NCBI GenBank assembly: GCA_963748625.1
Contig: CAVVJT010000010.1
Location: 768,001 to 832,000, forward strand
Length of the DNA: 64,000 nucleotides
Source of the DNA: an uncultured Chloroflexia bacterium
GTDB lineage: Bacteria; Chloroflexota; Limnocylindria; Limnocylindrales; CSP1-4
Direction of reading: 5' to 3'
Below the pieces are notes generated by a model, which was given only the letters and a program-made list of their open reading frames with translations, made no database searches and was not told the DNA's origin. The stretch's first letter is position 1, and the number at the start of each line of letters is the position of its first letter. The position numbers and the translations under genes were made by a program. Shown piece by piece: positions 31,730 through 41,578 of the stretch.

Positions 31730-31892
31730 GCGGGAGAGGGTACCGCGCGCGGGTCTGCACAGCCCGAGCGCATCGGGGAGCCGCTGCGCAGCCCGAGCGC
31801 ATCGTGGGCCGGTTGCACCGACCGAACCCGCCGCCGATCCGCTGCGCAACCCCCCGACGGGCCGGTCCGTCGCTCGGTAGAGTGTCCGGACC

Positions 31893-33607
31893 GTGCGACT
31901 CGTCGAGATTCGGCTCCTGGAGGGTCCCAACGTCTACCGGCTCATGCCGGTGGTCAAGGTTGAGGTTGCCGTCGGGCGGGCGCGGGTCTGGAAGGGGTCG
32001 CGCGACGGGGGCGACGGGGCGCTCGTGCACATCGGCCGGACGGTCCCGGCACGCGAATGGCCGGACGCCGTGACCGATCTCGTCGCCTGGATCCGGCGGC
32101 TCCGGGCCGACCATGACGAGCACCCCGGACCGGTGCAGGTCCATCGCGGCACCGATGCCGGGCGATGGGTGGCCACGTGGCCCTGGGCCGGCGCGGGGCG
32201 TGCCCGCGAGATCGCCGAGGCGGCGGTGGACCTCGCCGGGCGCCCGGTCTCGCCGGCCAGGAAGGTCCGCCTGACAGGCACGCAGGCGCGCCTGGTTGCG
32301 GGGTGGCAGGAGCGGATCGCGGCGGCGTCCACCGTGCCGCCGTCCTGGATCCGGGACGAGGAGCGCCGCCAGCCGGTGGTCAGCATCACCGGCACCAACG
32401 GCAAGTCGACCGTGACCCGGCTGATCACGCACATCCTCCTGGGCGCCGGGCACCACGTCGGCACCACCACCTCGGACGGGATCCTCGTGGACGAGCGGAT
32501 GGTGGAGGCGGGCGACTGGACCGGACCCGGCGGAGCCGTCGCGATCCTGCTCCGCGACGACGTGGACATCGCCGTGCTCGAGACCGCGCGCGGCGGACTG
32601 GTCCTGCGCGGCATGGGGTACGAATCCAACGACGCGAGCGTGTTCACCAACCTCTCCTCGGACCACCTGGACCTGCAGGGCATCCACACGCTCCCCCAGC
32701 TGGCCGAAGTCAAGGCGACGGTCTGCCGCATCACGCGCCCGGACGGCGCGACGGTGCTCAACGCCGATGATCCGCTCGTCGCCGGGGTCGCGCGCCGGGT
32801 TCGCTGCACGGTGGGCTACTTCAGCATGGCGCCCGACGGGTCCCGCCTGCTCGCCCGGCACCGGCGGAGCGGCGGCCGCGCGTGGGTGCTCCGCGACGAG
32901 ACCCTGTGGGAGTGGGACGGACCCGCCGAGCCACCGGCTCCTGGCGGTGGCCGACCTGCCCGTGGCGCTCGACGGTCTGGCCCGCCACAACATCGCGAAC
33001 GCGCTCGCTGCGGCCGGAGGCGCCCGAGCCCTGGGCGCGACGCGCGAGCAGGTGGTCGAGGGCCTGCGTGCCTTCCGCCCCTCAGCCGAGCTGTCCCCTG
33101 GGCGCTGCAACCTGTTCCGGCTCGGGCAGCAGATCGTGATCGTGGACTTCGCCCACAACGAGGCGGGCACCGAGGCGATCCTGGACGTGGCCCGCGGGAT
33201 CTCGCGGCGCGAGGTGGCGCCGGCGGTGCACCGTCAGGCAAGCCCCCCGCCCGTCACGGCCATCATCGGCACGGCCGGCGACCGCCCGGACGAGACCATC
33301 AGCGGGGTGGGCAGGATCGCGGCCACCCTGGCCGACCGGATCGTGATCAAGGAGACGCCGCACTACACCCGGGGCCGGACCCGCGAGGAGGTGGTGGAGC
33401 TCCTGCGGGCGGGCATCGCGGAGGGCGGGGCCGATCCTGCAGCGGCGGCCGTCCACCCGTCCGAGACGCTCGCGCTGGCCGCGGTCCTCGACGCCACCGA
33501 CGAGACCCGGCGTCGTCGTCCTGTTCTGCCACGAGGAGCGTGACGCCGTGTTCGCGTTGCTCGAGCAGCGCGGGGCCGTCGCGCTCGATCTCACCGCCGA
33601 GGGCTGA
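31893..33607 (+). CDS. Cyanophycin-synthetase-like protein: short CphA-type N-terminus plus Mur-like (M) domain, no ATP-grasp domain; frameshifts near 32925 and 33505
   Basis: MRLVEIRLLEGPNVY, then after ~160 aa ITGTNGKST, ETARGG, SDHL, LNADD, GRCN, DFAHN, GDR, IKE..RGR. Confidence 0.8.
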
Positions 33608-33671
33608 CGAGCCCAGGCTCCGGGGGTGAAGGCGCGCCAGACCTGGCCACAGCCGAAGGCGTCGCCGGGCA

Positions 33672-33687
33672 CCGGGGTTCGCCCCGG
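33672..33687. terminator. GC hairpin between the convergent cph genes
   Basis: ccgggg-ttcg-ccccgg; no U-tract. Confidence 0.35.
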
Positions 33688-33705
33688 GTCGGCCGAGGGG
33701 CCTCG

Positions 33706-36591
33706 TCAGCCCTCGGGAGCCTCCCACTCACCCGGGTCCGCGAACGCGGTGCCGCCCTGGCTGCCGGCGCCGAGCGCCATGGCCTCCCGGTAGACGTTGA
33801 AGGCGTCGTCGGCGCACACGACAACCAGATCACCGGGTGACGCGCGCCGGAGCGCAAGCCGGACCGCCGCCTCCTCCTCGAGCACCTTGTCGACCTTGTG
33901 CACGCGGCCGGTGCCATCGCCCTTGGCCGCCCTCGCGCCTGCGGCGACGTTGGCCGCCGACTCGCCGGGAGGCCGCCCGCGCAGGTGCTTGTCCTCGCGG
34001 ATCACGATCTCGTCGAAGGCGCTCGCTGCCAGATAGCCGTAGTCGTGCTGGTCCTGGTCGCGCCGGTCACCGGGGATCCCGATGACGCCGATCGCGCGAC
34101 CCGTGCGCGGCCGGGTTGCCGGCCCGTGACCGCCGCCGAGGATGCCTGGCCGGGTCACCGGCTCCGTCATCATGCGGTTCACGAAGTCGGCAAGATTGCG
34201 CATTCCGTCCACGTTGTGGCAGTAGTCGATGACCACGCGCGTGCCTGCGACCTCGACCAGGTTCAGGCGGCCCGGCGCCTGGAAGAAGGACGTCGTGAAC
34301 GTCCGCAGGCCCTGGCGGATGTCGTGGAGGTGGGCTCCCGCTGCCCACGCGGCGGCGGCCGCGGCGAGCGCGTTGGCGACGTTCATCCGGGCCCGGCCCT
34401 GGAACGTGGACGGCATGAGGTGCGTGTACAGGACCGGCATCTTGCGCGGCCCGTGCTTGAGCACGATCAGCTCACCCTGCGGGGTGTCCTCCAGGCAGAA
34501 CGCGGCGTTGCCGCGGTTCGTATGCCCGTCCACCCGGTCGTAGCCGTCCTCGCCCTTGTGCTTGGCCATCGTGAACAGCACGACGCGCCCGGCGCAGTGG
34601 CGGCCCATGCGGTACACGTGCGGGTCGTCCGCGTTGAGCACGGCCGTCCCCGAGCGCGGGACCGCCTCCACCAGGACGCCCTTGACGCCCGCCAGCTGGC
34701 CGAGGGTGTCGATGCCGCCGAGCCCGAGGTGGTCGCCGGTCACGTTGGTGACCACGGCGACGTCGTTGCGGTCGTAGCCGAGGCCCTCGCGCAGGATGCC
34801 GCCACGCGCGACCTCGAACACGGCGGTGTCCACGGTGGGGTTCTGGAGCACCATCTGCGCCGACTTGGGGCCGCTCATGTCGCCGCGCTTCATGAGGCGG
34901 CCGTCGATCACGATGCCGTCGGTCGAGGTCATCCCGATCCGCCGGCCCATGAGCTTGAGGATGTGGGCGATCATCCGGACGGTGGTCGTCTTGCCGTTCG
35001 TGCCGGTGACCGCGATGATCGGGATCCGGGCAGGGGCGCCGGCCGGGAACAGCAGGTCGATCACCGGCTTGGCCACGTACTGGGGCTCACCCTCGGTGGG
35101 GTGCGTGTGCATCCGGAACCCGGGTGCTGCGTTCACCTCGACGATGCCGCCGCCGGTCTCGCGGACGGGCTCGGTGATGTCGGGGCAGATGAAGTCGATG
35201 CCCGCGATGTCGAGACCGACCATTCGCGCCGCGGTCTCCGCGATCTCAACGTTGTCGGGGTGGGCCTCGAACGTGCGGTCGATCGAGGTGCCGCCGGTGC
35301 TCATGTTGCCGGTCAGCGCCAGCTTCACGAACGCACCTTCGTCCGGGATGCTGTCGGGCGTGTAGCCCTGGCCCGCCAGGACCTCGTCGGCGGTGGCGTC
35401 GAGGCGGATCCGGGTCAGGACCTTCTCGTGGCCGATGCCGCGGCGCGGATCCTGGTTCGTCTCCTCGACGAGGTCGCGCACGGTCCTGCGCCCGTCGCCG
35501 GTGACGCTGGCCGGGACGCGCTCGGCGATGGCCGCGACCTGACCACCGATCACCAGGCAGCGATAGTCGCGACCGGTGAGGTACGTCTCCACCACGACGT
35601 CGCCGCGGCGGCTCTGCCGCACGGTCTCCGGCCAGGCCGCGCGGACGGCAGCCTCGTCCTTGAGGTCCAGGGCGACGCCGCGACCGTGATTGCCGTCGAG
35701 CGGCTTGATGACGCACGGGAAACCGAGGCGGCGGGCGGCCCGGGCGGCGTCGTCCTCCGTGTCCACCACCTCGCTGCGGGGCACGGGGAGCCCGGCCGAG
35801 TCGAGCAGGCGGTTGGTCAGCTTCTTGTCGGACGCGATGTCCACCGCGATCCCGCTCGTGCGGCTGGTCATCGTGGCCCGGATGCGCTGCTGGTGGACAC
35901 CCTGGCCCAGCTGGACGAGGCTGTAGCGGTCCAGGCGCATGAAGGGGATGTCGCGGATGGCGGCCTCGTCGAGGAGCGCCTGGGTGGACGGGCCGAAGGC
36001 GAGCCGCTCCGCCTGGCGGATGAGGTCCTCGAGCTCGGCCTGGTAGTCGAAGGCGTGCGCGGGATCGTCGGGGGCGACGAGGTGGTTGACGAGCCGGACG
36101 GCCTTGTTGCCCGCCTCGATGCCGATGTGCTCCTCGCGGTACTCGAAGATCACGTGGTAGCGGCCGTGCTCCCCGGTGCCGCGGGTCTTGCCATGGCGGA
36201 CAAGGGTCCCGGCGAGGTTCTGCAGCTCGAGTGCGACGTGCTCGGCCACGTGGCCCACCCAAGTGCCGTCGCGCAGCCTGCTGATGAAGCCGCCGCGGCG
36301 GCCCAGGGAACACGCGTGATCGTCGAGGCTGGGGATCAGCGCGATGAGCGAGTCGGCGAAGCCCGGCAGCGTGGCGGTGTTCCACGCCTCGAGCACGCCG
36401 AGGTCCACGGTCATCTTGATCGACGGCTCCTTGGCCCAGTAGTTGGGACCGCGGAGGACGCGGGTCTCGAGGATGCGCAGCTCCGGCGCGGGGGCGGGGG
36501 GCGCCGGATCGGCGATGGGGGCAGGGCTCACCGCCGGTGCCGCCTTGTCCTTGCGCGGCCGCTTCGGAGAAGCGGGATCCTTCTGCGCCAC
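33706..36591 (-). CDS. cphA: Cyanophycin synthetase (full N-G-M architecture)
   Basis: LRGPNYW, HACS..RGGF..R..GT..GHVAEH, GPST, KPLDGNHGRGV, GHEK.LT, EVNAAPGFRMH, GTNGKTT, EVARGG; GAGGAGG RBS before the GTG. Confidence 0.96.
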   Translation of the reverse strand: MAQKDPASPKRPRKDKAAPAVSPAPIADPAPPAPAPELRILETRVLRGPNYWAKEPSIKMTVDLGVLEAWNTATLPGFADSLIALIPSLDDHACSLGRRGGFISRLRDGTWVGHVAEHVALELQNLAGTLVRHGKTRGTGEHGRYHVIFEYREEHIGIEAGNKAVRLVNHLVAPDDPAHAFDYQAELEDLIRQAERLAFGPSTQALLDEAAIRDIPFMRLDRYSLVQLGQGVHQQRIRATMTSRTSGIAVDIASDKKLTNRLLDSAGLPVPRSEVVDTEDDAARAARRLGFPCVIKPLDGNHGRGVALDLKDEAAVRAAWPETVRQSRRGDVVVETYLTGRDYRCLVIGGQVAAIAERVPASVTGDGRRTVRDLVEETNQDPRRGIGHEKVLTRIRLDATADEVLAGQGYTPDSIPDEGAFVKLALTGNMSTGGTSIDRTFEAHPDNVEIAETAARMVGLDIAGIDFICPDITEPVRETGGGIVEVNAAPGFRMHTHPTEGEPQYVAKPVIDLLFPAGAPARIPIIAVTGTNGKTTTVRMIAHILKLMGRRIGMTSTDGIVIDGRLMKRGDMSGPKSAQMVLQNPTVDTAVFEVARGGILREGLGYDRNDVAVVTNVTGDHLGLGGIDTLGQLAGVKGVLVEAVPRSGTAVLNADDPHVYRMGRHCAGRVVLFTMAKHKGEDGYDRVDGHTNRGNAAFCLEDTPQGELIVLKHGPRKMPVLYTHLMPSTFQGRARMNVANALAAAAAAWAAGAHLHDIRQGLRTFTTSFFQAPGRLNLVEVAGTRVVIDYCHNVDGMRNLADFVNRMMTEPVTRPGILGGGHGPATRPRTGRAIGVIGIPGDRRDQDQHDYGYLAASAFDEIVIREDKHLRGRPPGESAANVAAGARAAKGDGTGRVHKVDKVLEEEAAVRLALRRASPGDLVVVCADDAFNVYREAMALGAGSQGGTAFADPGEWEAPEG

Positions 36592-36805
36592 GGGCTCCCT
36601 CCTCGATATGCGTGGGACCGGAGTGTAGGGTCTGGCGGGTCGTGCGGCTACGCGATTCCCGGCGCGGCCCGGCCGCTCCCCCCAACGATGTGGCGTCCGG
36701 GCCGCGTCCGTGCAGGGCTCGACCACCCGTCTGTCGATCCGGAGGTCGAACCTCGAGGGCCTGCCGGCCAAGCGCCCCATGTCTGGGGAAATCTCTTGCC
36801 GAGGG

Positions 36806-37636
36806 TCAGACAGCCGCGTCGCCCAGGGCGTCGGTCACCGTACTGTCGGCCACGCGCGTGCGGCGCCGGAGGTCGAAGCGGTAGCCCGCGGGCAGGCTGT
36901 GGAGCACCACGCCGCTGATCATCAGCGGGCGGTGGCCGCGGATCTCCCAGGCGTCGGTCTCGGAGGCCGCTCCGTCGACAACAGTGATCGAGCCGCGCCC
37001 GATGACCTCCATCACCTGGTCCGGGCCCACGACGCCGGCCGTGTCCTCGTCCACGCCGAGACCCAGCAGGCTGGGGTTCTGGGCGATCAGGCTCAGGAGC
37101 CGGCCGAGGCGGTTCCGCTGCTGGAAGTGCTGGTCCACGATGACACCTGGCAGCAGGCCGAGTCCGGCGGCGATCTGGGCCATCCGGTGCTTGGGCGTGG
37201 CCCCCGACGCGCCGAAGGCGATCATGTGGCTGGACACGGCGCTCGCGCCCGCGGAGGTTCCGGCCACAACGGCTCCCCTGCGGAAGCTCTCCACCATGGC
37301 ACCGGCTACCCGCGTGCCGCCGAGCATGGACGAGAGCCGCAACTGGTTGCCGCCCGTCATGAAGACGCCGCTGCTCTCGGCGATGACCTTGGCTGCATGC
37401 TCGTCGTTGGCCTGCGCCCGGGTGGTGGTGTTCAGCGGGGTCACGCTGGCCGCGCCGAGCTCGGTGAAGATCGCCTTGTACCGCTCCCCGGCCTCAAGAC
37501 CGAAGGAGCTGGCCGTGGCGATCACGGCGATCCGGGCATCCGGACCACCGGCGAGCTGCGCGAAGCGGGCGAGGATGACGCGGTCGCGGACCTTGTCCTC
37601 CGCCCCGCCAATGACAATCACGGTTCCGTGCGGCAT
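36806..37636 (-). CDS. cphB: Cyanophycinase (peptidase S51)
   Basis: IGGAEDK, TGGNQ, GTSAG nucleophile, DQHFQQRNRLGRL, GVDEDT, LH. Confidence 0.95.
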   Translation of the reverse strand: MPHGTVIVIGGAEDKVRDRVILARFAQLAGGPDARIAVIATASSFGLEAGERYKAIFTELGAASVTPLNTTTRAQANDEHAAKVIAESSGVFMTGGNQLRLSSMLGGTRVAGAMVESFRRGAVVAGTSAGASAVSSHMIAFGASGATPKHRMAQIAAGLGLLPGVIVDQHFQQRNRLGRLLSLIAQNPSLLGLGVDEDTAGVVGPDQVMEVIGRGSITVVDGAASETDAWEIRGHRPLMISGVVLHSLPAGYRFDLRRRTRVADSTVTDALGDAAV

Positions 37637-37911
37637 GGTCGCAGGAGTCTACCAGCGGTCCTGTTCGGCACCAGCGGTCCTCTTCGGCACCAGCACCGTG
37701 GCCCACTCCGTGGTTGCATCCTGCCCCTTGTGTGGGGCATTTCGGCGGGTCGTGAGCGTGCCGTGGGAGCGAACGTCGAGGTTTCCGACGCAGACCGTGC
37801 GTGCGAGGAGCGGAATCGCCCCCCTGGTGGGGCGCGGCGCAGGCATTGGCCCGCTCGGGCGCAGTCGCCGCGACGCCACGTGTACCCCTTCACGAGCGAG
37901 AATGCACGTGC

Positions 37912-38916
37912 ATGGACGTGAACGCCGCTCCCCGGGCGCGCCCCGCCCGCAGGGCAGGGGTGGTCCGGCGCGCGCTCCGCCGTGAGACCGTCCGCATCCG
38001 GTCGCCCCAGCGCGCGCTGGCCATGGTGCTGCTCGCGGCCTGGTTCGGCTTCGTGCTCGCCGGGATGATCGCCCGCGGCGACAATGCGGCCGCCGACGCC
38101 CAAGCCTATTGGGCGGCCGTGAGGATCTGGCTGGAGGGCGGCGACCCGTACCACCCCACGGGGCCGTTCCTGCCCTACGTCTACGCCCCCTGGATGCTGC
38201 CCCTGTTCGCGCCGTGGGCGATGCTCCCGTGGAACGTCGCGTGGTTCGTGTGGCGGGGCGCCTCGCTGCTGCTCTGGCTCTGGACGGTGCGCTGGGCGTA
38301 CGCACGCCGGCCGCTGGCCACCGCGATCCTGGTCTGGCTGCTGCTCATCCCGATGCTCAGCAGCATCGACACCGGGAACATCAACCTCCTGCTCGCGCTG
38401 GCGCTGTTCGGCGCGCACTTCATGGGGCCGCGGGCGGGCGGCCTGATCTGGGGTCTCGCGACGTGGATGAAGTGGGTACCCGCCGTCATCTGGTTCTTCC
38501 TCCCGCCGCGGACCCGGTCCTGGGGCCTCATCTTCCTCGCGCTCTCGGGCGTGCTGTCGCTCCTGATGCTGCCGCTGACCATCGTCCAGCTCCAGGCGCT
38601 GTTCGGCTTCGGGACGCGGCCGTTCCGCGCGGACTTCTTCGTGTTCGTCTGGGCGGTGGTGCCATGGTGGTGGCAGCTGCATCACCCGTTCGCGTTCCTC
38701 CAGCCGCGGGCCTGGCGGGCAGCAATCGCGAAGCAGTGGGCGCGGGTCCGCCGCTGGGCAACGGGCTTCCGGACCCGGCCGCGGGCGACCGCTGAGCTCG
38801 CACGGATCAAGACCAGGGCGTTCCTGCGCGCCTACCTGGGGCTGGACCGGCAAGCTCCGTCCAGGCGGGCGCGCAAGGTCGAGGTCGTGCACGTGGCCGC
38901 CGACATCGGCGACTGA
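37912..38916 (+). CDS. GT87/DUF2029-like membrane glycosyltransferase (GT-C fold)
   Basis: DAQAYWAA...GGDPY...PYVYAPW, GNIN, K.VP; multiple TMs. Confidence 0.75.
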   Translation: MDVNAAPRARPARRAGVVRRALRRETVRIRSPQRALAMVLLAAWFGFVLAGMIARGDNAAADAQAYWAAVRIWLEGGDPYHPTGPFLPYVYAPWMLPLFAPWAMLPWNVAWFVWRGASLLLWLWTVRWAYARRPLATAILVWLLLIPMLSSIDTGNINLLLALALFGAHFMGPRAGGLIWGLATWMKWVPAVIWFFLPPRTRSWGLIFLALSGVLSLLMLPLTIVQLQALFGFGTRPFRADFFVFVWAVVPWWWQLHHPFAFLQPRAWRAAIAKQWARVRRWATGFRTRPRATAELARIKTRAFLRAYLGLDRQAPSRRARKVEVVHVAADIGD

Positions 38917-39026
38917 CGGCAGGTCCATGGGCCCCGGCCGTGGTCCCGGGTCAGCCGGGGAGACCGCGGGAATCGGAAGGCCCGGCCGAAGGGCGACCGG
39001 GCCTTGTCGAACCAGGAGCGGACCGG

Positions 39027-40385
39027 TCAGGCTGCGGCTGCCCCCACCGCCGGAATGCGGCTGCGACGCGGCTCCACCACCGGCCGCAGGGTGACGGCGG
39101 CGAGGGCGAACCCCGCGACCGCGAGCATGAACACGACACGCGGGCTGAGGGGCTCATAGCCGGCACCGGTAACCATGTCCAGCACGAGACCGCCGATCGC
39201 GATCGACAGCGGCGCCGCCGACCCCGTCGCGACGTTGCTCATGCCCATGTACCGGCCCGCCGAAGCCCGCGGGATGATGTCCGTCATGAGCGCCCAGTCC
39301 ACGGCGAGGAACGTCCCGTTGGCGGCCCCGAACAGGGCGGCGCCTGCGATCGCCAGCGGGATCGACGGCGTCAGCGCGATGATCCCGGACCCGATGGCAC
39401 CGAAGGCGCAGGCGCCGAAGATGACCGCCTTGCGTCCGATCCGGTCGGACAGCTTGGAGGCCGGCAGGATGGCGATCGCGCTGGCGAGGATCACGGCGAC
39501 CAGGATCACGACGTACATCCCGTTCGCCTCGACCTTGTCCATGCTGAACGCCCGGCTCAGGTAGATCACGACGAAGTTCACGAGCAGCGAGCCCGCGGTC
39601 AGGAACAGCAGCCGGGAGAACAGCAGCCAGACATAGGAGCGCTCGTGCAGGATGTCGGTCGCCCACGCCTCGCGGGCGATCCGCGGCCAGGAGCGGCCCT
39701 CGCGGTCCTTGGGCGGCATCCCCTTGCCCACCTTGAGCACCACCGAGAGCATGGTGACCAGCTCCACGATGGCGATCGCGACAAGCGACAGGTGCATCGC
39801 CCCGAAGGCGACCGACAGCGAGACCAGCAGGAACCCGGTCACGTTGCCGGCGACCTGCATCAGGCCGACCATGCCGCTGGCCATGCCCACCTGGGGTTCG
39901 GCGACGAGGTCCGGCACGTAGCCCTGGAACGGGCCGCGCGCGATGTTGGTGCTGACCGAGAGCAGCAGCATGAACACGGCAAGCGAGAGCACCGTGTTGC
40001 CGTTGGCGATCGCCAGCAGGAAGACGACGTCCAGCAGCGAGCCGAACACGATGTACGGCTTGCGGCGGCCCCAGCGGCTCACGGTGAAGTCGCTGATGTA
40101 GCCGACCGTCGGCTGGATCAGGATGCCGATGATGGCGGCGAAGATGCCGATGAAGAACATCGACTGGCCGACGCGTTCGACAGGAACCAGCCCGTCGAAC
40201 TCGAGACGGTTGGTGATGAACAGGCCGACGGCGGCATCGATGGCGGTCAGGCCCAGCCAGTAGGCGGAGATCCTGAGCAGCTGGGTCAGCGGCAGCAGCG
40301 CCGTGGGGCGTGCGCCCTCCTCGGCTGGGTCGCCGGTCGCGATGGTGGCGGTGGTGGCGGTGTCGTCCACGGTCCGAGCTCCCAT
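39027..40385 (-). CDS. MFS transporter (SLC45/GPH-like)
   Basis: QPTVGYISD..SRWGRRKPY, PFQGYVPDLV, SDRIGRK, VDWAL..D. Confidence 0.9.
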   Translation of the reverse strand: MGARTVDDTATTATIATGDPAEEGARPTALLPLTQLLRISAYWLGLTAIDAAVGLFITNRLEFDGLVPVERVGQSMFFIGIFAAIIGILIQPTVGYISDFTVSRWGRRKPYIVFGSLLDVVFLLAIANGNTVLSLAVFMLLLSVSTNIARGPFQGYVPDLVAEPQVGMASGMVGLMQVAGNVTGFLLVSLSVAFGAMHLSLVAIAIVELVTMLSVVLKVGKGMPPKDREGRSWPRIAREAWATDILHERSYVWLLFSRLLFLTAGSLLVNFVVIYLSRAFSMDKVEANGMYVVILVAVILASAIAILPASKLSDRIGRKAVIFGACAFGAIGSGIIALTPSIPLAIAGAALFGAANGTFLAVDWALMTDIIPRASAGRYMGMSNVATGSAAPLSIAIGGLVLDMVTGAGYEPLSPRVVFMLAVAGFALAAVTLRPVVEPRRSRIPAVGAAAA

Positions 40386-40420
40386 CCCGCTTGGAACCCC
40401 TCGGGTTCGGTTCCGCCGGT

Positions 40421-41140
40421 CTAGGCTGTGCCGGCGTCCTTGGGCTGGCCGCGCTCATCGAGCGCGATCGTGTGGTGGAGACGCACGAGATGCCGGTCCG
40501 TTGCGCCCTCCGCCGCGAAGCGGAAGAGCGAGCGGTCGATCGAGTACAGGGCGGTCGAGGCGAGGCCGATCGACCCCAGCCGGTAGGCGAACACCGGGTT
40601 CTCCGGGTTGCCGGCGTAGTGGTGCGACGAGCCGCCGGCCGCAAGCGTGGCGAGATTGGCGACGCCGCCGAACTGCGCGTGGAGGCCCGCGAGGAGGGCC
40701 GGGGCCTCGCCGTCCGCCCAGGCGTCCTCCAGCCAGCGCGCGCCCGCCTCGGTGTCGGCACGGCCGTGGATGCGGCCCTGGTCCTGGTAGCGGCTGCGCG
40801 CCGCCTGGTAGTCCGCGAGCTCGCCGTTGTGGCAGAACGCGAAGCGTCCCGCCGGGTCCGCGAAGGGCTGGGTGTCGGCCAGCTGGATCGTTGAGAGCTT
40901 CGAGGGGCGGCGCAGGTGGACGAGCAGGCTCGTGGTCTCGGTCGCGCCGACCACGTCCCGTGCCGGGTCGTCGCGGAAGGCGGCGGTGGTCCGGTGGGTC
41001 TCGAGGGTTCCCGCGGGCGTCACCCAGGCCGCGCCCCAGCCGAAGCCGGCGAGACCCCAGCGCTCCATCCGCTCCACGAGGTCCCACAGGGCATCCAGGC
41101 GGAACGGGGAGGCGGCACGGGCAACGAGCTGCTCACACAT
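40421..41140 (-). CDS. Class II glutamine amidotransferase-like Ntn hydrolase (YafJ/EgtC-like)
   Basis: Cys2 (MCEQL), GWG, HLRRPS, TQPF, HNG, DTE; TATGAT 8 nt before the ATG. Confidence 0.82.
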   Translation of the reverse strand: MCEQLVARAASPFRLDALWDLVERMERWGLAGFGWGAAWVTPAGTLETHRTTAAFRDDPARDVVGATETTSLLVHLRRPSKLSTIQLADTQPFADPAGRFAFCHNGELADYQAARSRYQDQGRIHGRADTEAGARWLEDAWADGEAPALLAGLHAQFGGVANLATLAAGGSSHHYAGNPENPVFAYRLGSIGLASTALYSIDRSLFRFAAEGATDRHLVRLHHTIALDERGQPKDAGTA

Positions 41141-41161
41141 CCGGCCGGATCATAGGCGTCC

Positions 41162-41548
41162 GGGCGTACCCTCGTGAACGATTCGTGCCCTCCGGTCCTG
41201 CGGCGCGCCCGTCGGGCCTGGTGAGGTTCGAGCTCCCGCCTGGCGGGCCGTGCGTGCAGAACTTGGCACGTCCGTGCCGCTCCGGGGGCAGGAACCCGCC
41301 CTTGCGGTGGTTCCGGGGCCGATCCTCCCGCCCGGCGGGCCATCTGCGCTGAAGCCTGCACGTAGGGCCCGCCCAGCGGGAGGCATTCGCCCGGTGCGCG
41401 GTCGCGGCCTGGTGCGTGGTCGCGGCCCGGTGCGTGGTCGCGGCCCGGTGCGTGGTCGCGGCCCGGTGCGTGGTCGCGGCCCGGTGCGTGGTCGCGGCCC
41501 GTCCAGTTCGACCGTGGGCGTACGCTCGTGAACGATTCGTGCCCTCCG
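41162..41548. repeat. 33-bp direct repeat (41162-41194 and 41516-41548) enclosing an 18-bp x6 tandem array (41389-41501)
   Basis: gggcgtac(c/g)ctcgtgaacgattcgtgccctccg, 32/33 identical; unit gcccggtgcgtggtcgcg. Confidence 0.92.
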
Positions 41549-41555
41549 CGACGTC
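41529..41555 (+). promoter_or_regulatory. Putative ECF-type autoregulatory promoter
   Basis: TGAAC...CGTC about 25 nt upstream of the sigma ATG. Confidence 0.45.
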
Positions 41556-41578
41556 AGGTCGGATGAACGGAGGGACGC

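Noticed and set aside
33898-36918. 1006-aa plus-strand ORF and similar long ORFs (16396-18609, 47973-50177, 50382-52517, 61546-63810)
   Set aside because: Antisense shadows of real genes, expected from high-GC codon bias; no recognisable motifs
41389-41501. 18-bp array as a CRISPR
   Set aside because: Units are contiguous with no unique spacers, and there are no cas genes
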